Shown here piece after piece: positions 1 through 9,225 of a DNA stretch of 32,000 bases (position 1 is the first letter of the stretch; each line of letters starts with the position of its first letter). The notes beneath the pieces were generated by a model that saw nothing but the letters and a program-made list of their open reading frames with translations, did not search any database and was not told the DNA's origin. The DNA is from Candidatus Karelsulcia muelleri (GTDB taxonomy: Bacteria; Bacteroidota; Bacteroidia; Flavobacteriales; Blattabacteriaceae): positions 1 through 32,000 of the forward strand of contig NZ_CP069423.1 in NCBI RefSeq assembly GCF_016888765.1, in the 5' to 3' direction. A program made the translations under genes and the position numbers.

Positions 1-645
1 ATGGAGAATCAGCCTCTTTTTTTTTTAAAAGATTATAAACTCTTCTGGGGGCTACAAAAAGAAATATTTGATATAAAAATTCAATCTTTTAATAAAAAAT
101 ATAATTTTATTATTTGTGCTGAACATAATCATGTTTATACTATTGGTAGAAATAGTAAATTTCCTAATTTCTTAATGTTTTATAACACATATAAAAAAAT
201 ACCAATCTTAAAAGTAGATAGAGGCGGAGATGTTACTTATCATGGACCTGGACAACTCGTCGTTTATTTTATTTTAGATCTGTTTTTATTTAATTATGAT
301 ATTAATTTTTTATTACGTTTTATTGAAAATGTTATTATTTATATTTTATTAAAATATAAAATCATTGGCTTTAGAATCATCAATCAAGCTGGCATTTGGG
401 TTATTTGTCATAATGATTTAAAAAAAATAGGTTCTATTGGTCTTAAAATAAGACATTATATTACTATGCATGGATTTTCTTTAAATATTAAGAATAATTT
501 AAATTATTATAATTATATTAGACCATGTGGTCTTAAGAAATATGGAATAACATCTCTTTATACAGAAAATAATTTTTATTTTTATATAAACATTAAATCT
601 TTATTAAAGAATATACTTTCTTATTTTTTTAATTTATTAATTTGA
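1..645 (+). CDS. lipB: Octanoyltransferase LipB
   Basis: ORF with LipB motifs: VDRGGDVTYHGPGQ, KIGSIGLKIRHYITMHGFSLNI and the IRPCGL catalytic-Cys region. Confidence 0.95.
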   Translation: MENQPLFFLKDYKLFWGLQKEIFDIKIQSFNKKYNFIICAEHNHVYTIGRNSKFPNFLMFYNTYKKIPILKVDRGGDVTYHGPGQLVVYFILDLFLFNYDINFLLRFIENVIIYILLKYKIIGFRIINQAGIWVICHNDLKKIGSIGLKIRHYITMHGFSLNIKNNLNYYNYIRPCGLKKYGITSLYTENNFYFYINIKSLLKNILSYFFNLLI

Positions 646-673
646 ATAGAAAAATGTTTCTAAGTTTAAGTTT

Positions 674-3217
674 ATGACTTCAATAAAAATAGAAAAAGAA
701 TATAATTTTCTTAAAAATGATAAAATCATATACAATTACTGGGAAAAAAATAAATACTTTAATTCTCTTCCTGATAATCGTTTATCTTATGTAGTTATAA
801 TGCCACCACCTAATATTACGGGTGTACTTCATATGGGACATATATTAAACAATACAATACAAGACGTATTAACCAGAAAAGCCAGATTAGAAGGCTTTAA
901 TACCTGTTGGGTACCAGGATTAGATCATGCTTCAATAGCTACAGAACATAAACTAATAACTGAATTAGGAATATCTAAAGAAAAAATAGGTCTTAAAAGA
1001 TTTTTAAAAATAGCAACTAAATGGAAAATAAAATATAGTAAAACTATTATTAAACAATTAAAACAAATTGGATGTTCTTGTGATTGGCACAGATTAAAAT
1101 TTTCTCTAGATGAGAATTTCTCTCAATCAGTCCAGAAAATTTTTCTAACCTTATATAAGGATGGATACTTATATAAAAAGTATGGAATAGTTAATTGGGA
1201 TACTAAAACTCAAACCGCTCTTTCAAATGAAGAAATTCAGTATAAAATGTGTCGAGTAAAATTGTATTATATAAAATATCAGCTCAAAAATGAGAATAAT
1301 TATATTATAGTTGCTACAAAAAGACCTGAAACTATATTCGCTGATACTGCTTTATGTGTTAATCCAACTGATAAAAGATATCTAAAATATAGAAATAAAA
1401 AAGTAATAGTACCAATTTCTTATAAAGAAATTCCTATTATAGCAGATAATTATGTAGATACAAACTTTGGTTCTGGATGTGTAAAAATAACTCCTGCTCA
1501 TGATTACAATGATAAATTAATTGCTGAAAGGCATAACTTAGAAATTATTAATTTGATTGATAAAAATGGAAAACTTAATAAGTCTGGATTAGATTTTGCT
1601 GGTCAAAGTGTAAAAACTGCTCGAATAAAAATTCGAGAGTGTTTAAAAACAAATAATTATTTGTTTAAATTTAAAGAATATAATTCACAAATTGGTTATT
1701 CAGAAAGATCTAAGACTGAAGTAGAACAATTATTATCTGCTCAATGGTTTTTAAAAATGAATTTATTAGTTAAAAAAGCTTTACACAATATTCATCCAAA
1801 AGATATAATCAAATTATATCCTAAAAAAATTAAAAATAAAATAAAAGATTGGTTTCTCAATCTTAAAGATTGGAATATTTCTAGACAATTATGGTGGGGA
1901 CATAGAATTCCTGAATGTTGTCAAACAGAGAAAAAAGTTGAGGTATTAGACACTTGGTTTTCTGCTTGGATTTGGCCAATAGTAATTTTTAATGGCATAA
2001 TGAATAATAAGAATAATAATTCTGAGTTACAATATTATTATCCTATTACAGAATTAGTTACTGGTGATGATATTTTATTTTTTTGGGTTATAAGAATGAT
2101 CATTGCTGGTTTTTTTTTTCTTAAAAAAAAACCTTTTAAGAATATTTCTTTTAATGGAATAATCAAAGATAGTAATAGATTAAAAATGTCTAAATCTTTA
2201 GGTAATTCTCCTAATATCAATCAAATTTTTAAGAAATATGGAGCCGATTCGGTTAGATGTGGAATTTTGATTATGGCACCTATTGGGAAAGATATGGTAT
2301 TTAATCCTGAGACTTTTTTTATAGGGAACAAGATTAAAAATAAAATTTGGAATGCTTTTAAGTTAATACTTACATTTAAGATAACTCCCCAAAAACAGAA
2401 TATAGAAATTAATAATGCTATTTTTTCCTGGATAAAAAATAAATTCTATCTATTAGTAAAACTAATAAATAAATTATTTAAAAAATATAAACTTAGCAAA
2501 GTATTAATTATAATTTCTTCTTTTTTTAAGAAAGATTTTTGTTCACTGTTTTTAGAAAGTACCAAAAGAATTAATGCCTATAAATTAACATATTCTGTTT
2601 TAAAAAAAATATCTCAATTATTTAGAAATATACTAATTATCTTCCATCCTTTTCTTCCCTTTATAACAGAATATATTTGGAGTATATTAAAACTTAAAAA
2701 TAATATTTTCCATAATAAAAACCCTTTATTAATTCAAAAATGGCCTACTGAAAAAAAGTTAAATAGAAATATACTTAATGAATTTAAAATAATTAATAAA
2801 ATAATTTTACAAATAAGAAAATTTAGAGAGATATATAAAATATACAAAAAAATAACACTTTTAGTTTTTTGTAATAATAAAAACTACAAGCACATTAAAA
2901 AAAATATGTTAATTTTCTTAGGTAATCTAAAAAGTATTAAATGTTTAAATACACCTAAGAATTATAATAAATATTATACTTTCATATTAGCTGATGAAAT
3001 ATATTTTATTAAAATCCCTCAAAAAATATTTGATAGAAAAAAAATAAAACATGAATTATCATATTATAAAAATTACTTAGATAAGATTATTTTCAAGTTA
3101 AAAACTTCAAGCTTTTTGAAAAAAGCCCCCCAAAAGATCATAAATTTAGAAAAAGAAAAAAAAAGGTATTGTCTTAATCAGATAAATTTATTAAAATTTA
3201 AACTGACTAAGTATTAA
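674..3217 (+). CDS. valS: Valine--tRNA ligase
   Basis: Class I signatures PPPNITGVLHMGH and KMSKSLGNSPN, plus WNISRQLWWGHRIP and VLDTWFS; 847 aa. Confidence 0.96.
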   Translation: MTSIKIEKEYNFLKNDKIIYNYWEKNKYFNSLPDNRLSYVVIMPPPNITGVLHMGHILNNTIQDVLTRKARLEGFNTCWVPGLDHASIATEHKLITELGISKEKIGLKRFLKIATKWKIKYSKTIIKQLKQIGCSCDWHRLKFSLDENFSQSVQKIFLTLYKDGYLYKKYGIVNWDTKTQTALSNEEIQYKMCRVKLYYIKYQLKNENNYIIVATKRPETIFADTALCVNPTDKRYLKYRNKKVIVPISYKEIPIIADNYVDTNFGSGCVKITPAHDYNDKLIAERHNLEIINLIDKNGKLNKSGLDFAGQSVKTARIKIRECLKTNNYLFKFKEYNSQIGYSERSKTEVEQLLSAQWFLKMNLLVKKALHNIHPKDIIKLYPKKIKNKIKDWFLNLKDWNISRQLWWGHRIPECCQTEKKVEVLDTWFSAWIWPIVIFNGIMNNKNNNSELQYYYPITELVTGDDILFFWVIRMIIAGFFFLKKKPFKNISFNGIIKDSNRLKMSKSLGNSPNINQIFKKYGADSVRCGILIMAPIGKDMVFNPETFFIGNKIKNKIWNAFKLILTFKITPQKQNIEINNAIFSWIKNKFYLLVKLINKLFKKYKLSKVLIIISSFFKKDFCSLFLESTKRINAYKLTYSVLKKISQLFRNILIIFHPFLPFITEYIWSILKLKNNIFHNKNPLLIQKWPTEKKLNRNILNEFKIINKIILQIRKFREIYKIYKKITLLVFCNNKNYKHIKKNMLIFLGNLKSIKCLNTPKNYNKYYTFILADEIYFIKIPQKIFDRKKIKHELSYYKNYLDKIIFKLKTSSFLKKAPQKIINLEKEKKRYCLNQINLLKFKLTKY

Positions 3218-3233
3218 GTATTAAGTATTAAGT
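3208..3233 (+). repeat. 7-bp microsatellite TAAGTAT, about 3.7 copies
   Basis: Read directly: TAAGTATTAAGTATTAAGTATTAAGT spanning the valS stop. Confidence 0.95.
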
Positions 3234-3260
3234 TATCAAATAATTAAGTTATAACTAATA

Positions 3261-3593
3261 ATGCATAATAAAAACTTTTTATTAAAATCTATATTGGAAA
3301 TAATCGAAACAAATAATGGAGAAGAAATTACTTTATTAAATTTTTACAAAAAAAAAAACAGAATATATGATTATTTTATAATTTGTAATGGTAGATCGAA
3401 TCAACATGTTTTTTCACTTTATGAAAAAATAAAAGAAAATACATCTCCCAATCATGCAGAAGGGATAAGAAAAAGTAAATGGATATTAATGGATTATATC
3501 AATATAATAGTACATATTTTTTTAAAAGAAATAAGAAATTATTATCAACTTGAAAAAATATATCAAGGTATTAAGATTTTATCTTATGAATAA
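3261..3593 (+). CDS. rsfS: Ribosomal silencing factor RsfS
   Basis: YDYFIICNGRSNQHV...WILMDYINIIVHIFLKEIRNYYQLEKIY matches the RsfS/Iojap family. Confidence 0.92.
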   Translation: MHNKNFLLKSILEIIETNNGEEITLLNFYKKKNRIYDYFIICNGRSNQHVFSLYEKIKENTSPNHAEGIRKSKWILMDYINIIVHIFLKEIRNYYQLEKIYQGIKILSYE

Positions 3594-3675
3594 AAAAATA
3601 TTTGTATTATGCTGTGTACTATTTATAATTATATTATTTTTTGTATTAAAAATTAATAATAATAAGATTGATTAA
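3586..3675 (+). CDS. Possible 29-aa single-TM small ORF (MNKKIFVLCCVLFIIILFFVLKINNNKID) overlapping the rsfS stop
   Basis: ATG to TAA read directly from the sequence; hydrophobic core; overlaps rsfS by 8 nt and ends 3 nt before dnaN. Not in the ORF track (short). Confidence 0.3.
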   Translation: MNKKIFVLCCVLFIIILFFVLKINNNKID

Positions 3676-3678
3676 TCC

Positions 3679-4788
3679 ATGAATTTTTCAATAAATTGTC
3701 ATTCTTTATTTCAAACTTTAAAGTCAATTTATAGTGTTATTAATCCAAATCATCAGATCTCTATATTTACTTGTTTTATTTTAAAGGTTAAAAATAAGAT
3801 GTTAAAAATTAAAGCATCCGATTCAGAAATTTCTATTAAAACTACGTTAAAAGTATTGAGTAAACAAAAAGGTAAAGCTGCAGTTCCGGCTAAATTATTA
3901 ATGGATATATTAAAACATATACCTGAACAGCAATTAAAAATAAAAACCAGAAATTTTAATCAAATAAGAATTATTTCCTTTAAAGGAAATTACGATATAT
4001 CTCTTTTAAATCACGAACTGTTTCCAAAATATAAGAAAATAAAAAGAACACAAGTTTGTGTTCTTAATAAAAAAACAATAAGAAATATTATTGACAACAC
4101 TTTATTTGCTGTAGGTAATGATGATCTTAGACCAGTAATTAATGGGGTTTGTTTTGAAATAAAGAAAACAACCGGGAGTTTTGTTGCAACAAATAATAAT
4201 ATATTAGCAAAATATTCTATTAATAGTATTAATACTAAAGCAGAAATGAAGTTTATAATTCCTAAAAAAACTTTATTAGTCTTAAAACAAAGCTTTAATA
4301 AGACAACCAATATAATAAAAATTAAATATAATAAATATAATACCTTTTTTATATTTACTAATAAAGTAATTATTACTTCCTTAATTAAGGGGTCTTTTCC
4401 AAATTATAAGAAAATACTTCCACTATATAATAAAAATAACAAAATACGAATTGCTATTAAAGAATTGAAAACTTCAATTAAAAGAATTATTTTATTTTCT
4501 AACCAAATAGATAAGAAAATAAATTTTAGTTTATCTAAAAACAAATCTATAATATATGCAGAAAATAAAGATTCAAGTAATAAGGGGTATGAAGAATTAG
4601 TTTGTAAATATTTTGGAGAAAATTTAGAAATTAGTTTCAAATATAATGATTTAATAGAAGTATTATATAATTTAAAATGCGAAGAAATTGAAATTAAACT
4701 TCAAGAGAGATATAGTCCAGCCTTAATAAGGCCAATCTCTTCATTGGAAACAGAAAAGATTTTTCGCTTAATTGTTCCTTTAAGTTAA
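3679..4788 (+). CDS. dnaN: DNA polymerase III beta subunit (sliding clamp)
   Basis: 369 aa with DnaN-like segments LLMDILKHIP, LRPVINGVCFEI, and a C-terminus of SPALIRPI...RLIVPL. Confidence 0.93.
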   Translation: MNFSINCHSLFQTLKSIYSVINPNHQISIFTCFILKVKNKMLKIKASDSEISIKTTLKVLSKQKGKAAVPAKLLMDILKHIPEQQLKIKTRNFNQIRIISFKGNYDISLLNHELFPKYKKIKRTQVCVLNKKTIRNIIDNTLFAVGNDDLRPVINGVCFEIKKTTGSFVATNNNILAKYSINSINTKAEMKFIIPKKTLLVLKQSFNKTTNIIKIKYNKYNTFFIFTNKVIITSLIKGSFPNYKKILPLYNKNNKIRIAIKELKTSIKRIILFSNQIDKKINFSLSKNKSIIYAENKDSSNKGYEELVCKYFGENLEISFKYNDLIEVLYNLKCEEIEIKLQERYSPALIRPISSLETEKIFRLIVPLS

Positions 4789-4797
4789 AAGATATAG

Positions 4798-5931
4798 TTG
4801 CTAATAAAAAATATAATTCATTCAATGAATTTTGAAAGAGGTGAAAGTATAATGAATAAAGAAGATTTAAACAATCAAATTAAATCAAAAGAAAAAATAA
4901 AAATTATAAAATTATATAGTTATACTATACCTAAATTAGAAAAATATGATCTTAAAAAAGGCAGAATTTTAAAAATAAAAGATAAGATAATACTAATTGA
5001 TATCGGGTTTAAATATGATTGTATCTTATCAAAAAAGGAATTACAAATACTAAAAATTCAGCCTAGAATTAACGATTTAATCGATGTAATTGTAGAAAAA
5101 TTAGATTATAAAGGGAAATGTTTTTTATCATATATAAAAGCCAATAAAATTAAATCATGGCATCGTCTAAATGAAGCATATAGAAGAAATGAACTAGTCT
5201 CCTTTTTAGTATTATCTAGAACAAAAGGAGGATTGATTGTATCATTATATAATATAGAATGTTTTTTACCTGGTTCCCAAATAGAATATAAAAAAGTTCC
5301 CAATTTTGATTATTATGTAGGTAAAATTTTGATAGGGAAAATAGTAAATATTAATAAAACCACTAAAAATATTGTAGTTTCTCATAAGATAATTATAGAA
5401 AAACAAAAGATAAAAATAAAAGCTTTAATTATTAGTAATTTAAATAAAGGAATAATAGTTGAAGGAGTAGTAAAAAATATAACCAATTATGGCTGTTTCG
5501 TTGATTTAGGCTGTAGTTTAGATGGATTATGTCATATATCAGATATAAGTTGGCAGCGTATTAAACATCCAGTAGAAAAAATAAATTTGGGAGAAAGAAG
5601 AAATTTTTTAATCTTATCAGTAGATAGACATAGAAACAGAGTACAATTAGGTATTAAACAAATGATAATTGATAATTGGAAAAGTGTGATAAAACAGATT
5701 TTGGTTTCTGGAAAAATAATAAAAGGAAAAATTAAAGTTTTAATAAAGTTTGGTATTTTAGTAGAAATATACCCATTTTTTGAAGGTTTATTACACAAAA
5801 AAGAGGAATTTAAATTCCATTATAAAATCTCCCAGAAACAAATGTTTAAAATTGGGAATGCAATAAATATCTTAATATTAGGTTCAAAATTAAAACATAA
5901 AAAAATTTATTTTAGTTTTAAGATTATTTAA
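4798..5931 (+). CDS. rpsA: 30S ribosomal protein S1 (shortened)
   Basis: Repeated S1-type segments, clearest GIIVEGVVKNITNYGCFVDLGCSLDGLCHISDISWQRIKHP. Start uncertain; an internal ATG at 4852 is also plausible. Confidence 0.85.
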   Translation: MLIKNIIHSMNFERGESIMNKEDLNNQIKSKEKIKIIKLYSYTIPKLEKYDLKKGRILKIKDKIILIDIGFKYDCILSKKELQILKIQPRINDLIDVIVEKLDYKGKCFLSYIKANKIKSWHRLNEAYRRNELVSFLVLSRTKGGLIVSLYNIECFLPGSQIEYKKVPNFDYYVGKILIGKIVNINKTTKNIVVSHKIIIEKQKIKIKALIISNLNKGIIVEGVVKNITNYGCFVDLGCSLDGLCHISDISWQRIKHPVEKINLGERRNFLILSVDRHRNRVQLGIKQMIIDNWKSVIKQILVSGKIIKGKIKVLIKFGILVEIYPFFEGLLHKKEEFKFHYKISQKQMFKIGNAINILILGSKLKHKKIYFSFKII

Positions 5932-5963
5932 ATTAGACCTAGCCTTTGCAGTCTAGATAAATT

Positions 5964-7133
5964 CTAAGTTTTTATTTTTTTAGACATCAATTTTATAAAA
6001 TCATCATTATTAGATGTCTGGAGAAGATTTTCTCTAATACTCTTAATAGCTTCAGCAGGAGACCGAGACGTTAAAAACAGGTTTCTTTTTATAATCCAAA
6101 CTTCTTCTAAAGTCTTTAAATCAATTAACAAATTATCTTTCCTAGTACTAGATTTTAATAAATTAATCGCTGGAAATATTCTTTTATTAGCAATTTTTCT
6201 ATCTAATTGTAATTCTAGATTACCTGTTCCCTTAAATTCTTCAAAAATTATTTCATCCATTTTTGAACCAGTTTCTATTATTGCAGTAGCTAAGATCGAT
6301 AATGATCCACCACCTTCAATATTTCTAGCAGCTCCAAAAAATTTTTTGGGTTTATGTAGAGCTTTAGCTTCTACTCCTCCTGATAAGACCTTTCCAGAAG
6401 ATGGTGTTAGGGTATTATATGCCCTAGCTAATCTTGTAATGGAATCTAATAATAAAACCACATCATGTCCACATTCAACTAATCTTTTAGATTTATTTAA
6501 AACTAAATTAGCAATTTTAACATGTTTTTGGTAAGGTTCATCGAAAGTGGAAGAAATAACTTCACAATTAACATTTCTTTTAATATCAGTTACTTCTTCT
6601 GGTCTTTCATCTATTAAAAGAATTATTAAATATACTTCAGGATGATTAAATGAGATAGTATTAGCTATCTCTTTTAATAAAGTAGTCTTACCTGTTTTAG
6701 GTGGAGCAACAATCATTCCTCTTTGTCCTTTCCCAATTGGGACAAACAGATCAATTATTCTAGTTGAATAAGTACTTAATCTCCCAGAAATTTTCAATTT
6801 TTCATTAGGGTACAAAGGGGTTAAAAATTTAAAAGATACTCTATTAATTAATAAGACAGGCTTCCTTCCATTTATTCTAAAAATTCTTTTAATAGAAAAA
6901 TATCTTTCCCATTTTTTGGGAAATCTGATTAATCCTTTTATTGTATCGCCATTTTTTAAATAAAAAGACTTAATTTGTGTATAAGTTATGTATACATCTT
7001 CATTAGAAGATAAATAATTAAATTTAGCAGATCTCAAAAACCCAAAGTTTTGATTTACTATTTCTAATACTCCTTCACAAACTATCAAATTTCTTTTGAG
7101 TTTTATTTTATTTGGGTATTTTAACAAGTTCAA
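5964..7133 (-). CDS. rho: Transcription termination factor Rho
   Basis: 389 aa; GQRGMIVAPPKTGKTTLLKEIA Walker A, VVLLLDSITRLARAYN, SGGVEAKALHKPKKFFGAARNIEGGGSL. Confidence 0.97.
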   Translation of the reverse strand: MNLLKYPNKIKLKRNLIVCEGVLEIVNQNFGFLRSAKFNYLSSNEDVYITYTQIKSFYLKNGDTIKGLIRFPKKWERYFSIKRIFRINGRKPVLLINRVSFKFLTPLYPNEKLKISGRLSTYSTRIIDLFVPIGKGQRGMIVAPPKTGKTTLLKEIANTISFNHPEVYLIILLIDERPEEVTDIKRNVNCEVISSTFDEPYQKHVKIANLVLNKSKRLVECGHDVVLLLDSITRLARAYNTLTPSSGKVLSGGVEAKALHKPKKFFGAARNIEGGGSLSILATAIIETGSKMDEIIFEEFKGTGNLELQLDRKIANKRIFPAINLLKSSTRKDNLLIDLKTLEEVWIIKRNLFLTSRSPAEAIKSIRENLLQTSNNDDFIKLMSKKIKT

Positions 7134-7206
7134 TCTATTTATAGAAACTTTTGGAAGATTATATACATAATATAATTATTATTGTTTAAAAAATAAATCT
7201 CATAAT

Positions 7207-8268
7207 ATGAATATCAAAACTTTAAAAAAACTAAAAAAAATAAAACTCGAAATTAAAAAAAATAATGAATATTTTTTATTGAACAATAATTCTAAAAAAA
7301 AGAATAAATATCTCTTTCTTTTAAAAAGATATAAATTATATAATAATATAATTGATATATATAAACAATATAAAACTCAGAAAAAGGATATATTAGATTT
7401 AATAGAATTAGCTAGCGAATCTCAAGATGAACAATTATTAAAATCAATTAATTTAGAAATTAGTCTTTTAATTGAAAAAATAAAGAAGTCTTTAAAAAAA
7501 ATAAAGAAGTCTTTAAAAGAAAAAGAAATAAATAAGAATAGTGCAATTATAGAGTTAAGAGCTGGAACAGGTGGAAATGAAGCCTGTATATTTGTTGAAG
7601 AAATTTTGAGGATGTATACTATGTATTTTAAAGAAGTTTCATGGAAATTTAAACTATTAAGTTATACCACTAATAGTTATAAAGGTTATAAAGAAGTTAT
7701 AATTAAAATATATGGGAAAAATGTATATAATATTTTAAAATACGAATCTGGAGTACATCGTGTACAAAGAATACCGGAAACGGAAGCCCAAGGTAGACTA
7801 CATACTTCTGCTATTACTGTTGCCGTTTTACCAGAAATAAATAAAAAACTTAAGATTTATCTTAATCCAGAAGAAATAAAAAGAGAGTCTTTTAGATCAA
7901 GAGGTGCTGGCGGACAAAATGTCAATAAAACTGAAACCGCAATTAGATTAACTCATTTACCAACTGGTCTAATTGCCGAATGTCAAGAAGAACGTTCACA
8001 ACATAAAAATTTAGAAAAAGCTATGAAAGTGTTAAAAGATAGAATATTAAACTTAAAAATAAGTAAACAAATAAAACAAATTTCTACTAAAAGAAAACTT
8101 TTAATTTCTACTGGAGATAGATCGTTAAAAATTAGGACTTATAATTTTCATAAAGGGAGGGTAACAGATCACAGACTTAAAAAATCTTTTTATAATTTAG
8201 AAGAATTTCTGAATGGAAAAATAGAAAATTTAATAAATGAGTTTAAATACTTCAAACAAACAGATTAA
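7207..8268 (+). CDS. prfA: Peptide chain release factor 1
   Basis: HRVQRIPETEAQGRLHTS (class I RF recognition region) and RSRGAGGQNVNKTETAIRLTHLPTG (GGQ motif). Confidence 0.95.
   Translation: MNIKTLKKLKKIKLEIKKNNEYFLLNNNSKKKNKYLFLLKRYKLYNNIIDIYKQYKTQKKDILDLIELASESQDEQLLKSINLEISLLIEKIKKSLKKIKKSLKEKEINKNSAIIELRAGTGGNEACIFVEEILRMYTMYFKEVSWKFKLLSYTTNSYKGYKEVIIKIYGKNVYNILKYESGVHRVQRIPETEAQGRLHTSAITVAVLPEINKKLKIYLNPEEIKRESFRSRGAGGQNVNKTETAIRLTHLPTGLIAECQEERSQHKNLEKAMKVLKDRILNLKISKQIKQISTKRKLLISTGDRSLKIRTYNFHKGRVTDHRLKKSFYNLEEFLNGKIENLINEFKYFKQTD
7480..7521 (+). repeat. 21-bp in-frame tandem duplication inside prfA
   Basis: ATAAAGAAGTCTTTAAAAAAA followed by ATAAAGAAGTCTTTAAAAGAA, encoding IKKSLKK / IKKSLKE. 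Confidence 0.95.
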
Positions 8269-8271
8269 AGT

Positions 8272-9024
8272 ATGAAATATGCTAAAAACTTAGGACAGAT
8301 TTTTTTGAGAGATAATAATATAGCCAAAAAAATAGTAAATGCTCTCTATTATAAAAAGACTAAAAACTCCATCAATGTGATTGAGATAGGACCAGGAAAA
8401 GGAATATTGACACAATATTTATTAGACTCAAATTTATTAATAATCGAAATAGATAGTCTATATGTTAATTTATTAAGGCATAAATTTCCAAATTTAAAAA
8501 ACAGAATACTAAATGTAGATTTTATAAAATTTAATCCCTTGCATTTTAATTTTACAAATTTTATAATAATAGGAAATTTTCCATATAGTATATCTTCTCA
8601 AATATTATTTTATATACTTAAATATAAAGATTTTATATCAGAATGCATAGGAATGTTCCCTAAACGAGTAGGGGAGAGAATAGTCAATAAAAAAAATCTA
8701 AGTGGATTAACAATTTTAATAAACAGCTTTTTTAAAACGAAATATCTATTTACAGTAAATAACTCAGTTTTTAGTCCTAAACCAAAAATAAAATCAGCTG
8801 TTATTAAACTAATAAAAATAGAAAATAAAAAAAATATAAATTATTCTATTCTTCACAAAGTCGTAAAAACAGCCTTTAACCAAAGAAGAAAAAAATTAAA
8901 AAATTCTTTGAAATATCTCTTATTTAAAAAAAACTTTAGGAATAATCCCATTTTTAAGAAAAGAGTCGAACAATTGTCCGTAAAAGATTTTACTTATATT
9001 AGTAGAAAAGTAATTAGAAACTGA
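8272..9024 (+). CDS. rsmA: 16S rRNA dimethyladenosine transferase
   Basis: NLGQIFLRD, VIEIGPGKGILTQYLL, IIGNFPYSISSQILF, and FSPKPKIKSAVIKL. Confidence 0.94.
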   Translation: MKYAKNLGQIFLRDNNIAKKIVNALYYKKTKNSINVIEIGPGKGILTQYLLDSNLLIIEIDSLYVNLLRHKFPNLKNRILNVDFIKFNPLHFNFTNFIIIGNFPYSISSQILFYILKYKDFISECIGMFPKRVGERIVNKKNLSGLTILINSFFKTKYLFTVNNSVFSPKPKIKSAVIKLIKIENKKNINYSILHKVVKTAFNQRRKKLKNSLKYLLFKKNFRNNPIFKKRVEQLSVKDFTYISRKVIRN

Positions 9025-9055
9025 TAGATTCTTTCAAGAGATAATATTAAGTTTT

Positions 9056-9110
<55 letters not shown>

Positions 9111-9128
<18 letters not shown>

Positions 9129-9165
9129 GTCAAGTCCTGTCCCCGCAAGTCAAGTCCTGTCCCCC
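9111..9165 (+). repeat. 20-bp tandem repeat (CAAGTCCTGTCCCCGCAAGT, about 2.7 copies) derived from the tRNA-fMet 3' end
   Basis: Read directly: caagtcctgtccccgcaagt at 9111-9130 and 9131-9150, then a partial copy caagtcctgtcccc from 9151. Confidence 0.97.
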
Positions 9166-9225
9166 AACATTTAAGAATCAAAACTAAAAAATGAACTAAT
9201 AATAATATATAAATCAAAATAAAAA

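Noticed and set aside
4011-4310. Minus-strand ORF of 99 aa
   Set aside because: It lies wholly inside dnaN on the opposite strand with no recognisable family; a shadow ORF.
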